Origin: Planctomycetota bacterium
GTDB lineage: Bacteria; Planctomycetota; UBA1135; UBA2386
Length of the DNA: 64,000 nt
NCBI GenBank assembly: GCA_041398565.1
Contig: JAWKUN010000004.1
Coordinates: forward strand, 16,951-80,950
Direction of reading: 5' to 3'
Below are positions 1-11,900 of this stretch, piece after piece (the stretch's first letter is position 1; each line of letters opens with the position of its first letter). Below the pieces are notes generated by a model. The model was not told where the DNA came from. It worked only from the letters and a program-made list of their open reading frames with translations, and made no database searches. Both the position numbers and the translations under genes were made by a program.

Positions 1-706
1 GCCGCGGCTGGAGGTCGACGTCGTGGACACCGGGATCGGCATCGATCCCGAGCGCATCGATGCGTTGTGTCAACCCTTCGTGCAGGCCGACGCCAGCGTC
101 ACGCGCCGCTTCGGCGGCTCGGGTCTCGGTCTGTCGATCAGCCGTCACCTGGCGCGGATGCTGGGCGGCGACCTTTCCATCCGCAGCACGCGCGGTCGCG
201 GCAGCACGTTCACGATGAGCGTCGCCACGGGTCCGATCGATGGCGTGCCGCTCTGCAACGACCTGACCGGCGTGCGGTTGCCGCGTGCGGGCAGCGCTGA
301 CCGCAGCTTGCCACGCATCGAGTGTCGGGTCCTGCTGGCCGAGGACGGCGCCGACAACCAACGATTGCTGTCGTTCGTGCTGCACAAGGCCGGTGCGCGG
401 GTGGTGGTCGTCGGCGACGGACAACAGGCCGTCGAGGCGGCTCTGGCGGCGCACAGCGAGGGTTCGCCGTTCGGCGTCGTCCTGATGGACATGCAGATGC
501 CGGTGCTCGACGGCTACACAGCCACCGCTCGGCTGCGCGCCGCCGGCTACACCGCGCCCATCATCGGCGTCACGGCGCACGCCATGCCCGAGGATCGCGC
601 GCGTTGCGCGCGCAGCGGCTGCGATCGCTTCGTCGCCAAGCCGATCGACCGTGAAGCGTTGATCCGGACCATCCACGAACTGGTGACGGTGCAACCATGC
701 CGCTGA
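1..706 (+). CDS. Hybrid sensor histidine kinase, C-terminal fragment (end of HATPase_c plus receiver domain); 5' end is outside the window
   Basis: The frame is open from the window edge. The translation carries ATPase G-box motifs 'DTGIGI' and 'GGSGLGLSISR', then a receiver domain ('VLLAEDGADNQ...VLMDMQMPVLDG...VAKP'). The stop at 704-706 overlaps the next start at 697. Confidence 0.85.
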   Translation, partial: PRLEVDVVDTGIGIDPERIDALCQPFVQADASVTRRFGGSGLGLSISRHLARMLGGDLSIRSTRGRGSTFTMSVATGPIDGVPLCNDLTGVRLPRAGSADRSLPRIECRVLLAEDGADNQRLLSFVLHKAGARVVVVGDGQQAVEAALAAHSEGSPFGVVLMDMQMPVLDGYTATARLRAAGYTAPIIGVTAHAMPEDRARCARSGCDRFVAKPIDREALIRTIHELVTVQPCR

Positions 707-1611
707 AGGACCGCTACGCGGCGGCGATGGCGAGCGATCGCCTGCCGACCCCGGGCCCGGTCGCCATGGAGCTCGCCGCGCTCAGCCGTCGTCCGGACGC
801 CGACTTCGACGAGGTCGCGCGCGTGGTCGCCACCGATCCGGCTCTGTGTGCCCGGGTGATGCGTGCCGCCAACACCGTGGCGCGAGGCGCTCGCGCCCCG
901 ACCGCGTCGCTCGAGCGGGCGCTGATGGCGCTCGGTTTGCGCGCCATCGCGCGCATCGCCCTGGAGACCTCGGTGCTGGACAGCAACCGCTCCGGACTGG
1001 CGGAGTTCGACTACGGCGCGTTCTGGGCCGAGTCGCTGGCGCGCGCGGTCGCGGCGCAGGTGGTCGCCACGCAGGTGGCGGGCGTCCAACCCGACGAGGC
1101 GTTCACCTACGGCCTGTTGGCCGGCATCGGCCGCTTGGCCCTGGTGTCGGTCTGGCCCGACACCTACCGCAAGATGCTGCTCGCCCTGCGCACCGTCGAT
1201 CCGAGCGAGCTGGCCGAGGCCGAGGCCGCGGTCTTCGACATCGACGCACAGGAGCTTTCGGCGCGCATGCTGTTCGCCTGGGGCCTGCCCGCGTTGTCGA
1301 ACGCGGCGCGGCAGGCGCCTGGCCGCGACCCGGCTACCGCGCGCCGCGAAGACGCCACCGTGTCGGTCTGCGGCGCCGGCGCCCTCCTCGCCCGCTTGAT
1401 GGTGCACCAGGACGTCGACCGCGAGGCCTTGCGCCACGCCATGCGAGTCCTCGGTGAGCTCGGGATCGGCACCGAACTCGCCTCGCATCTCTTCCCGGAC
1501 CTGGTCGAGCGCTTCGAGGTGATGGGACCGCATCTGGGGATCGCGACGCCGCCCGTCGCGTCCCTCGCCGAGCTCTACTCCCGCGCTTCCCAGACATCGA
1601 GGCCGTCATGA
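697..1611 (+). CDS. HDOD domain protein (signalling accessory)
   Basis: ATG at 697. The pattern '[45 protein letters not shown]...[10 protein letters not shown]' is typical of HDOD domains. The stop overlaps the next ATG (ATGA at 1608-1611). Confidence 0.7.
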   Translation: MPLKDRYAAAMASDRLPTPGPVAMELAALSRRPDADFDEVARVVATDPALCARVMRAANTVARGARAPTASLERALMALGLRAIARIALETSVLDSNRSGLAEFDYGAFWAESLARAVAAQVVATQVAGVQPDEAFTYGLLAGIGRLALVSVWPDTYRKMLLALRTVDPSELAEAEAAVFDIDAQELSARMLFAWGLPALSNAARQAPGRDPATARREDATVSVCGAGALLARLMVHQDVDREALRHAMRVLGELGIGTELASHLFPDLVERFEVMGPHLGIATPPVASLAELYSRASQTSRPS

Positions 1612-2764
1612 CCAAGAACTGCACGACATCCATCCGACGCGGCGTGTCCACCGCGACCGACCCCGCCCTCGCCGCACGCGAGCTGTTCGAGGCGCTGTTC
1701 CAGCCCGATGCCCACCTCGTGCTCTTCTACTGTGCGCCCGAGTACGACACCAAAGCGCTCGGCCGCGAGCTGCGTCGCATGTTCGGCGACACAGTGGTGG
1801 TCGGCTGCACGACGGCAGGCGAGATCACGCCGCTGGGCTACCTGCGCGGCACGATCACCGGTCTGAGTCTCGCTGGCGACGACTTCCGCGTGGTGGTCGA
1901 GCGCTTCGACGGCGTGTCCGACCTGCGGGCCGCCGAGATCTCGGACCGCACGACCGCCGCGGTGGCGCGCGTGGAGGAACTGGGGCGCAAGGCGACGCGC
2001 AGCAACTGTTTTGCCTTCCTGCTCATCGACGGGCTGTGCATGCGCGAGGAGCTGGTGGTGTCGGCGGTCTACCGCGGGCTAGGCAACCTCACGGTCTTCG
2101 GCGGGTCGGCTGGCGACGGCACGCGTTTCCAAGAGACCCTGGTCTACGCCGACAGCGAGTTCCGCACCGATCGCGCGGTCCTGCTGCTGGTGCAGACAGA
2201 CCGGCCCTTCACCGTGTTCCGCACCCAGCACTTCGTCCCGTCGAACGAGAAGATGGTCGTCACCGAAGCCGACCCGGCCAAGCGGATCGTCACCGAGATC
2301 AACGGCGTGCCGGCCGGACGCGAGTACGCGCGGGTCCTGGGGGTCGATGTCGGGGAGCTGACGCCGCTCGTGTTCGCGACCCACCCGGTGATGGTGCGGG
2401 TCGGCGGCCAGTACTACGTGCGCTCGATCCAGAAGGTGAACGACGACGGCAGCCTCACCTTCTTCTGCGCCATCGACGCCGGCATCGTGCTGACCGCCGC
2501 GCGCGGCGTCGACATCGTGCAGGACCTGGAGGAGACGTTCGGCCGAGTGCGCACCGAGGTCGGGGCGCCGGAGCTGGTCATCGGCTGCGACTGCATCCTG
2601 CGTCACCTCGAGTTCGATCGCGAGGGGCTGAAGGAACGCGTCGGCACCATCCTCGCCAACAACAACGTCGTCGGCTTCAGCACCTACGGCGAGCAGTTCG
2701 AGGCCATGCACGTCAACCAGACGTTCACCGGCGTCGCCATCGGTCCGGAGTCCGGGGCTGCGCC

Positions 2765-2768
<4 letters not shown>
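1608..2768 (+). CDS. FIST-domain sensor protein
   Basis: 386 aa with FIST_N/FIST_C-like layout ('[11 protein letters not shown]...[11 protein letters not shown]', C-terminal '[11 protein letters not shown]'). There is an ATGA overlap with the downstream kinase at 2765-2768. Confidence 0.7.
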
Positions 2769-4999
<2,231 letters not shown>

Positions 5000-5041
5000 A
5001 TCGGGCGCCGCGGCGTTCACCGGACCGTCTCGCTCGCGTCG

Positions 5042-6469
5042 TCAGTCGCGCGCCACGCGCTCCCAGACCTCGAGACCGCGCAAGTGCGTGCCGGGCAGCC
5101 GCCGGTAGGTGCGAAGGAAGTCCGGCCGTGACAACACCGGCACCTCGAAGTCCGGCCACGGCACCGTGTGCGCCAGCACGTAGTCGGGTCGCTCGCGGTC
5201 GAACCACCAGCCGGTGTCGCCGCGGGCGATCGCCTCGGCGGCGCCCGCGGTCACCAGGCCCTGCATGTCGAGGATGCGCCGCGGATAGGCGTGGAAGCCG
5301 ACGATGCCGATGTCGGCCACGGCGATGGTGCAGTCGGGCGGGGTGTGCTCGGCGAACCACACGCCGGCCAAGGGGTAGTTCGGCCGTGAGGGCTGCGGAG
5401 CGACGAGCTCGGGCAGCGCCACGGCGAGTGATGCCGCGGTGACGATGATGCCCGCGAGCATCGGCAAGGGGCGCTGCGTCGCCCAGGTGGTGGCGAACGT
5501 GGTCGCCAGGGCCAACGCCACCGCGCCGAACACGGGCGCGTAGTACCAGTGGTAGGGCGGCAGGTCGAACACGGCGTAGGTCGCGAACTGCAGCCACGCG
5601 AAGGCGGCGAAGCACGCGCTGGCGCGATGGCGACGGGCATGCCACGCGAGGCAGGCCGTGGCACCCAGAGCCACCGCGAGCACCGCCCAGGGCGGCACCC
5701 CCACCGCCCGCTCGTCGAGCCACCGCAGCTCGCGCCAGGCACCGTTGAGGAAGATCGGCGGATCCTTGAAGAAGTGCCGCTGCGCCAGCTTGACCGCCAA
5801 GGTGTTGGGGAGCGGCGAGCCGAAGCGTGCGGTCGCGAACCACACCCAGGGCAGGACGACGAGGCCGGCACCGAGCGCCAGGCCCAGCGCTGCTCGCCAG
5901 CCCTGGCTGCGCCAGGCGCGCAGGGTCAGAATGCCGCCCAGCAGGGCCGCGTCCGGCCTCGCCAGCACGGCGGCGCCCGCCAGCAGACCGGCCAGGCGAG
6001 GGCGAGCGTTCTCGTTGGCGACGCACGCGCCGAGAGCGCAGGCGATGAGCAGCGACGACTCCATGCCGAGCGTGGTGTAGACGCGCGGCGTCAGAGCGAC
6101 CAGCACCCCGGCCATGGTGGCCGGCAGGCGTCCCAGGTGGCGGAACTGCACGAAGGCCATGATCGTGGCGGCCGCGAGCGGCAGTGCGAACGCCAGCGGC
6201 TGGGCGGTCAGCAGGTCGCCCGTGATCCCCGCCAGCCCGACCACCACCATCACGTGCAACGGCGAAGTCGTGGCGTTGACCGCCTCGCCGACGTTGTAGA
6301 CCCAGCCGTGGCCGTCGAGCAGGTGACGCGCGTAGCGGAGCACGATCAGCGCGTCGTCGGGGTAGATCTCGCGCAGCCGGAACGAACAGAGTCCGACGAG
6401 CGCGCACAGGCAGGCCACGACCAGGACGTCGAGGAGGAGTCGGTCTCGGCGGGGGCCGGTGTCGGACAT
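5042..6469 (-). CDS. Polytopic membrane protein, GT-C-fold glycosyltransferase-like (ArnT/PMT-like), putative
   Basis: ATG at 6469. 475 aa with many hydrophobic helices. It has an N-terminal loop motif 'YPDDALIVLRYARHLLDGHGWVYN', reminiscent of GT-C enzymes with an acidic first-loop motif. Confidence 0.55.
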   Translation of the reverse strand: MSDTGPRRDRLLLDVLVVACLCALVGLCSFRLREIYPDDALIVLRYARHLLDGHGWVYNVGEAVNATTSPLHVMVVVGLAGITGDLLTAQPLAFALPLAAATIMAFVQFRHLGRLPATMAGVLVALTPRVYTTLGMESSLLIACALGACVANENARPRLAGLLAGAAVLARPDAALLGGILTLRAWRSQGWRAALGLALGAGLVVLPWVWFATARFGSPLPNTLAVKLAQRHFFKDPPIFLNGAWRELRWLDERAVGVPPWAVLAVALGATACLAWHARRHRASACFAAFAWLQFATYAVFDLPPYHWYYAPVFGAVALALATTFATTWATQRPLPMLAGIIVTAASLAVALPELVAPQPSRPNYPLAGVWFAEHTPPDCTIAVADIGIVGFHAYPRRILDMQGLVTAGAAEAIARGDTGWWFDRERPDYVLAHTVPWPDFEVPVLSRPDFLRTYRRLPGTHLRGLEVWERVARD

Positions 6470-6601
6470 GGATCTGTATCGGCACGGGACGCAGGTGTCC
6501 TGGTCGACCGCAAGGAATCGAGGACCGGTCTGGCTGCGGCGGACGCCTTGCCGCGCGACTCGATCGCACTCATGCGCTACCGTCGCCCGCCGCCGGCATA
6601 C

Positions 6602-6686
6602 GCGGGGGTGGCGAAACTGGCAGACGCAGCAGACTTAAAATCTGCGGCCGCAAGGCGTGAGGGTTCGAGTCCCTCCCCCCGCACCA
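6602..6686 (+). tRNA. tRNA-Leu (anticodon UAA), type II with long variable arm, CCA encoded
   Basis: The structure is folded by hand.
- Acceptor GCGGGGG (6602-6608) pairs with CCCCCGC (6676-6682), followed by A and CCA.
- Anticodon stem-loop is gcaga-CTTAAAA-tctgc.
- Variable arm is 'ggccgcaaggcgtg'.
- T arm is GAGGG-TTCGAGT-CCCTC. Confidence 0.9.
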
Positions 6687-6695
6687 CTCGCCAGC

Positions 6696-7991
6696 CTAGA
6701 CCGGCGCGCCCTTGTCGGCTTCCCAGGGTCGCACGCGCCGCAGGATGCGGGCGTGCCGCTGGAAGGTCACGTAGCTCCAAGCCCAATCGATCAACACGAC
6801 GAGCCGGCTGCGGAAGCCGACGATCGCCATCAGGTGCACGAAGAGCCACACCAGCCAGGCCAACCAGCCGGTGAACCGTCGCTTGCCGAGCACGGCCACC
6901 GCGCGCCGGCGGCCGATCGTCGCCAGGGTGCCCCGGTCGCGGTAGGAGAAGGGCTCGGTCGGTCGCTCGGCCTGCAGGCGGAGGACGTTGGCGGCAGCGT
7001 GTCGCCCCATTTGGATGGCGGCCGGTGCCACCCCAGGCACCCATTCGCCGTCGGGTCGGCGCACCGCGGCGAGGTCGCCGACGACGAAGATCCGCGGCTC
7101 TCCAGGGACGCTGAGGTCGTCGGCCACCAGGACGCGACCGCGGTCGAGGGGCACGCCCAGGCTCTGGACCATGGGCACGGGTTGCACGCCCGCCGCCCAG
7201 AGGATCGTGCCCGCCGCGATGGGGTCGTCGCCGACGACCACCCGGCCCGGCTCGATCTTCTGCACGTGCTTGCCGAGGCGCACCTCGACCCCCAGGGCCT
7301 GCAGGTCGACGAGCGCGCGTTCGCGCAGCTCGTCGGGGAAGCCCTTGAGCACGCCGGCTTCGCCCTCGACCAGCAGCACACGCGCGGTGCGCGGATCGAT
7401 GCGGCGGAACTCGCGCGCCAGGGTGCGCCGGGCAAGCTCGGCCAGCGTGCCGGCCAGCTCCACGCCCGTGGGGCCGCCGCCGATCACCACGAAGGTCAAG
7501 AGCTCACGTTGCTCGGCGTCGCGCTCGGCCCACTCGGCCCGCTCGAACGCTGCCAGCACCCGCTGGCGGATGTCGAGGGCGTCTTCGAGAGTCTTCAAGG
7601 ACGGCGCCGCGCTGCGCCAGTCCTCGTGCCCGAAGTAGTGGCTGCGGGCGCCGGCGGCGAGGATCAACGCGTCGTAGTCGACACGGTCGCCATTGTCGAG
7701 AACGACCGCACGGCCCGGCGCATCCACCGCGTCCACCGTCGCCATGCGCACCGCGGCGTTGCGTTGCCGCCGCAGGATGGCGCGCAGCGGCGAGGCGATG
7801 TCGGCGGGCGAGAGGACTGCTCCGGCCACCTGGTAGAGGAGCGGCTGGAACAGGTGGTAGTTCTGCCGGTCGATCAGGGTGATGCGCACGCGCGCGCGCG
7901 CCAGGTGCCGCGCTGCCGCGAGGCCGCCGAATCCACCGCCGACGATGACCACGTGCACCCCGGCGTTGTCGCCGTGGGCCAGCCTGCGCAC
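6696..7991 (-). CDS. ndh: Type II NADH:quinone oxidoreductase (NDH-2)
   Basis: Dinucleotide fold 'VVIVGGGFGGLAAA' and second fold 'FVVIGGGPTGVELAG'. Overall pattern is 'NYHLFQPLLYQVA...LILAAGA'. The start is a GTG at 7991; nearby alternatives exist. Confidence 0.9.
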   Translation of the reverse strand: MRRLAHGDNAGVHVVIVGGGFGGLAAARHLARARVRITLIDRQNYHLFQPLLYQVAGAVLSPADIASPLRAILRRQRNAAVRMATVDAVDAPGRAVVLDNGDRVDYDALILAAGARSHYFGHEDWRSAAPSLKTLEDALDIRQRVLAAFERAEWAERDAEQRELLTFVVIGGGPTGVELAGTLAELARRTLAREFRRIDPRTARVLLVEGEAGVLKGFPDELRERALVDLQALGVEVRLGKHVQKIEPGRVVVGDDPIAAGTILWAAGVQPVPMVQSLGVPLDRGRVLVADDLSVPGEPRIFVVGDLAAVRRPDGEWVPGVAPAAIQMGRHAAANVLRLQAERPTEPFSYRDRGTLATIGRRRAVAVLGKRRFTGWLAWLVWLFVHLMAIVGFRSRLVVLIDWAWSYVTFQRHARILRRVRPWEADKGAPV

Positions 7992-8024
7992 AAGGGTGCG
8001 GCCAGCGAAACGTCCGACGCCGGG

Positions 8025-8429
8025 TCACGCCGGTTCGCGGTAGCGCAGCGCCACCAGCACGCACGGTCCCCCGGCGATGACCCGCAGGCCCAAGCCCTCG
8101 GCGGCCGCGATCGCCGCCGGCGACTCCGCTCCCGGCTGCATCCACACCCAGGTCGCGCCCTTGGCGTGCGCGTCGCGCACCACCTGCTCGGTGATCGGTG
8201 GCGGCGTGATGATGGAGACCCCCGTCGGCGTCTCGGGCAGGTCTGCGAGCGAGCGGTAGCACGTCTGCCCTTCGATCTCGGTCTCGCGCGGGTGCACGCA
8301 GTAGACAGGCTTGCCCGCCTGGAGGTAGGCGCGCAGGACCTTGTTGCCGTACTTGGTGCGGTCTTTCGAGGCGCCGACCACGGCGAACGGACCGCCGGAC
8401 AGGAACTCGCCGATGCGCGGATCGATCAT
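8025..8429 (-). CDS. CoA-binding domain protein (YccU/YneT-like)
   Basis: ATG at 8429 (verified). Pattern 'FAVVGASKDRTKYGNKVLRAYLQAGKPVYCVHP...VSIITPP'. The upstream part of the tracked ORF (to 8717) is non-coding-like. Confidence 0.8.
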   Translation of the reverse strand: MIDPRIGEFLSGGPFAVVGASKDRTKYGNKVLRAYLQAGKPVYCVHPRETEIEGQTCYRSLADLPETPTGVSIITPPPITEQVVRDAHAKGATWVWMQPGAESPAAIAAAEGLGLRVIAGGPCVLVALRYREPA

Positions 8430-8475
8430 GGCGCGATGTTCGACCCGGCAACGGCATCGGACAAGGATGCGCGCC

Positions 8476-11427
8476 TCACTTGAAGGCGTCGGCGTCCTTG
8501 TCCCCGTCGTTCTCCAGGTAGGCCAGGAGGTCGAGGATCTGTTCGCGGGTGAGGGTGAACACCAGACCGGGCGGCATGGCGGAAACCGGCGATGGCGAGC
8601 GGTCGGTGACGTCGGCCTTGCGCAAGCGCGTGATGCTGCCGTCTTCGACATCGACGACGATTTCGACCTCTTCGTCGGTCTCGGCGCGCACCCGCCCGGT
8701 GCGCACGCGGCCGTCACGCAACGTGAAGGTCACCAGCTGGTACTGGTCGGAGATCACCTTGCTCGGCTCGAGGATCGACTCGAGGAGCGTGCGACGGTCG
8801 AGACGTCGGCTCACGCCCGTGAGATCGGGACCGATGGCGCCTCCCTTGTCCAGGAAGCGGTGGCAGGTGACGCACTGGCTCGTGGCGAACGCACGCTGAC
8901 CACCGGCGAACGACCGTCCGGCGGCGACCGCCGGCAACGCGTCGACCAGCTCCTCGGTCGTCCACGCGCGCACGAAGGGACCGGGCTTGGCCGCGCGCTC
9001 GGCGCGAGCCTCGACCGCAGCAGCGCGCGCAGCCTGCAAGCGGGCGACGAGCTCCGACGAACCCAAGCGCTCCAGCAGGGTGTCGAGCATCGCGTCGAGG
9101 TAGCCGCCGAAGCTGTTGCCGCCTTCGCCGCGCGCGCGCACGTCGAGCGTCCACTCGAAGAAGCGGGTGGCGTCCGCCTCGCTCCAGCCGACGCGCGTGC
9201 GGCACAACAGCTGCGCCCAGGCGATCTGCTCGACCTGCGACGGGGTGCCCGCCAACGCGGCGAGCAGCGCCGGCACCAGCCCGTCTGCGTCCAGCGCCAC
9301 CAACACCGTGGCGCGCTCGCGGTCGAGGGCGAAGTCGCCGCTCGGCAGCGGTCCGCCGGCGGGCGGGGTCAGCGTCTCGACGAGGCGCTGGCGGCGCTCG
9401 CCCGTGGCGTCGCCGCGGCGAGCCATCGCCACGCTCGCCACGCGCAGCCACTCCAGCCGGCGCGCGCGCGGCAGGTCGGCGTACGCGAGCTGGTCGAGGC
9501 GGTCCAGGATCGAGCCGAGGTCGGCGTCGACGCCGGCGCGCGCCAGCGCCAGCAGAGCAGCCATCGCCCGCGCCGGCTCCGACTCGCTCAGCGCGCGTGC
9601 GCGCCACAGCTCGACCGGCGCGCGCTCGAGGGCGACGCGAGCGACCTGGCGCCGCTCGCGGTCGGCATCGCCGAGGTCGACCCAGGCCAGGTCGATGGCC
9701 TCGGCGTCGTTGGCCAAGCGCCGGCCCCCGAACGGGCCCAGCAGCAACCCCGTACCGGCGCTTTGGTCCGCAGGCGAGGGCAGGCCGGCGGCCGTGGCTT
9801 GCACGTCCGTGCCTCGGGCGTCTGGACGGGTGTCGGCGGCCAGGCGGTAGAGCCCCGACTGCGTGCCACGGCCGCCGGTGACGAACCACAGCGCCCCGTC
9901 GGGCCCCACCACGACGTCGGTGACGTTGAGCGGCTTGCCCGAGACCAGCGGCGCGGCGGGTTCGCCGGCCGGGTGCGTCCGCGCGGCCAGGATGCGGCCG
10001 AACGCCCAATCGGCGAGGACGAGGGCGCCTCTGTCTTCCGGTCGGACCAGTCCCTGGCGCCAGAACGTGATTCCGGTCGGCGAGCCGCGGCCGAGGTCGA
10101 TCAGGCCGGGCAGGCTGTCGAACGACTCGACCGGCCACTTCGCCGACCCCGAACGCCAGCCGAACTCGGCGCCCCACACGATGCGACAGACGCGGATCGG
10201 TCGGTACCAGGGCAACCCCACGTCCCACTCCATGTCGGAGTCGAAGGTGTAGAGGTCACCGTTGCCGTCGAAGGCCAGGTCGAAGGCGTTGCGCATGCCC
10301 GCGGCCCACAGGTCGATGCGCGTGCCGTCGGGCCGGATGCGCAGCACGTGCGAGCCGGGCACGCGTACCCCGACGGCGTGGCCGTTGGGGTCCTCGTAGC
10401 GCTCGAGCAGCACGTCCTCGGCGTAGAGACGGTGCGGGGAGTCGGCGGCGACCCCCGCGGGCAACGACGTCATGTTGCCGTTCACCACCCACAGGTTGCC
10501 GTCGGGGCCAGGCACGACGGCGTGCGAGCCATGCTCGCCGCTGCCGTTCCAGGCGACCAGCTTCTGCACGTCCTCGAACTCGCCGTCGCTGTCGGCGTCA
10601 CGCAGCCGGAACAGGCCACCCTTCTTGTCGTTGACGTTGGCCCACAGGGCATCGAAGGCGAAGGCCAGGCCGTGCGGATTGCGCACCTCCGGCGGCAGGA
10701 TCAGCGCTTCCAGACTCGCACGCGGATCGCGCAGGCGCAGGATGCCGCCACGCTCGACCCCCAGGTACAGCTCGCCCGACGGGCCGAACGTCATGCTGAT
10801 CCACGACCCTTCGTCGTCCTGCGCCGAGCGGATGAGCTCCACCGAGTACCCGGACTTGGTGTGCAGGCTCGCCGCCGGGGTCGCGACCTTCGGCACGAAG
10901 GGGTCCTTCCAGGGGGCGGTGTCCGCCGGCCCCAGGTCGTGGGCTGGCTGCCACGACGCCGCGGCCTCCTCGACGCCCCCCGGCGCGGCTTCCCAGCTGG
11001 CGTCGGTGACGACGACGAGGCGCGTCCCCGAGCGCAGCTCGATGTCGAGACGGCCGATCAGGCCAGCGGGGCCTCCCTGATTCTCGGCGCGCACGCTGAG
11101 CGTCACCTTGCCTCGGTGCAGGCGCTCGGTGACGTCGGTGGCGTAGCCGCGCTGCCACTGGTCGCCCTTCAGCACCGACACACCGTCGAGCCGTGCCTCG
11201 AACTCGTTGTCGCACGTCATGCGCAGTTTGGCACGCCGCACCGGTTCGGGCAGGTCGAGCACGCGACGGAACCGGCAGACCTCGTCGGCTCCGGCGCGGG
11301 CGCGGGTCCAGATCCAGCGCGGCTGCGACGGTGCCGTGTCCTGGGCAGGCAGTGCCGAGGCCAAAGGCAGGCCCAGCGCCAGGGCAAGAGAGGCGAAGGA
11401 CAACTCGGGCGAACCCAGCCGCGTCAT
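8476..11427 (-). CDS. Secreted large dehydrogenase-like beta-propeller / HEAT-like / cytochrome c domain protein (PVC-type 'heme-binding domain' family)
   Basis: ATG at 11427 gives the signal peptide 'MTRLGSPELSFASLALALGLPLASALPAQD'. A single c-type heme motif 'CVTCHRF' lies near the C-terminus. The N-terminal 'PRWIWT...' domain and a propeller-like middle resemble the Planctomycetes/Verrucomicrobia family. This was recognised from memory, not searched. Confidence 0.75.
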   Translation of the reverse strand: MTRLGSPELSFASLALALGLPLASALPAQDTAPSQPRWIWTRARAGADEVCRFRRVLDLPEPVRRAKLRMTCDNEFEARLDGVSVLKGDQWQRGYATDVTERLHRGKVTLSVRAENQGGPAGLIGRLDIELRSGTRLVVVTDASWEAAPGGVEEAAASWQPAHDLGPADTAPWKDPFVPKVATPAASLHTKSGYSVELIRSAQDDEGSWISMTFGPSGELYLGVERGGILRLRDPRASLEALILPPEVRNPHGLAFAFDALWANVNDKKGGLFRLRDADSDGEFEDVQKLVAWNGSGEHGSHAVVPGPDGNLWVVNGNMTSLPAGVAADSPHRLYAEDVLLERYEDPNGHAVGVRVPGSHVLRIRPDGTRIDLWAAGMRNAFDLAFDGNGDLYTFDSDMEWDVGLPWYRPIRVCRIVWGAEFGWRSGSAKWPVESFDSLPGLIDLGRGSPTGITFWRQGLVRPEDRGALVLADWAFGRILAARTHPAGEPAAPLVSGKPLNVTDVVVGPDGALWFVTGGRGTQSGLYRLAADTRPDARGTDVQATAAGLPSPADQSAGTGLLLGPFGGRRLANDAEAIDLAWVDLGDADRERRQVARVALERAPVELWRARALSESEPARAMAALLALARAGVDADLGSILDRLDQLAYADLPRARRLEWLRVASVAMARRGDATGERRQRLVETLTPPAGGPLPSGDFALDRERATVLVALDADGLVPALLAALAGTPSQVEQIAWAQLLCRTRVGWSEADATRFFEWTLDVRARGEGGNSFGGYLDAMLDTLLERLGSSELVARLQAARAAAVEARAERAAKPGPFVRAWTTEELVDALPAVAAGRSFAGGQRAFATSQCVTCHRFLDKGGAIGPDLTGVSRRLDRRTLLESILEPSKVISDQYQLVTFTLRDGRVRTGRVRAETDEEVEIVVDVEDGSITRLRKADVTDRSPSPVSAMPPGLVFTLTREQILDLLAYLENDGDKDADAFK

Positions 11428-11519
11428 GGGACCCAAGATCGCGCCTGGCGGGCCAGAGTGCAACTGCGCGGCAACTGTGCCACGGCCGCGCGGCAGCCAC
11501 GGTCGTTCCGGCGCGCCGA

Positions 11520-11900
11520 TCAGGCCGAGGGCAGGCCGAGGATCTCGCGCACGCGGTGCAGGATCTTGCTCGGGCTGAACGGCTTGGTCAGGTAGTCGTC
11601 GGCGCCGACGCCAACGCCGGTCTCGCGGTCGCAGTCCTGCCCCTTGGCGGTCAGCAGGATGATCTTGGTGTCGCGCAGCTCGGGGTCCGCCTTGATCCGC
11701 GCCGTCACCTCGAAGCCGTTGATCTTCGGCATCATCACGTCGAGGAACACCAGGTGCGGCCGGTGCTGGCGCACCGCTTCGAGGGCCTCTTCGCCGTTGC
11801 GCGCCTCGAAGACCTCGAACTTCTCCTTGCGGAGCACGAAGGACAGCGAGCGGCAGATGAACGGTTCGTCGTCGACGACCAGCACGCGGGTCTGGTTCAT
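11520..11900 (-). CDS. Single-domain response regulator (receiver only)
   Basis: ATG at 11900 (verified). Pattern 'RVLVVDDEPFI...HLVFLDVMMPKINGF...LLTAKG...DDYLTKPF'. Its start overlaps the stop of the upstream phosphatase gene (ATGA-type overlap, 11897-11900). Confidence 0.9.
   Translation of the reverse strand: MNQTRVLVVDDEPFICRSLSFVLRKEKFEVFEARNGEEALEAVRQHRPHLVFLDVMMPKINGFEVTARIKADPELRDTKIILLTAKGQDCDRETGVGVGADDYLTKPFSPSKILHRVREILGLPSA

Noticed and set aside
6602-6696. tRNA-Leu as a possible genomic-island integration site
   Set aside because: The tRNA is followed within 10 nt by the end of ndh. There is no integrase, direct repeat of the tRNA 3' end, or compositional shift nearby.
8341-11595. 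1084-aa ORF antisense to the heme-binding dehydrogenase-like gene
   Set aside because: Low-complexity Arg/Ala/Gly/Gln composition. The opposite strand encodes a protein with a signal peptide, a propeller-like body and a CxxCH motif.
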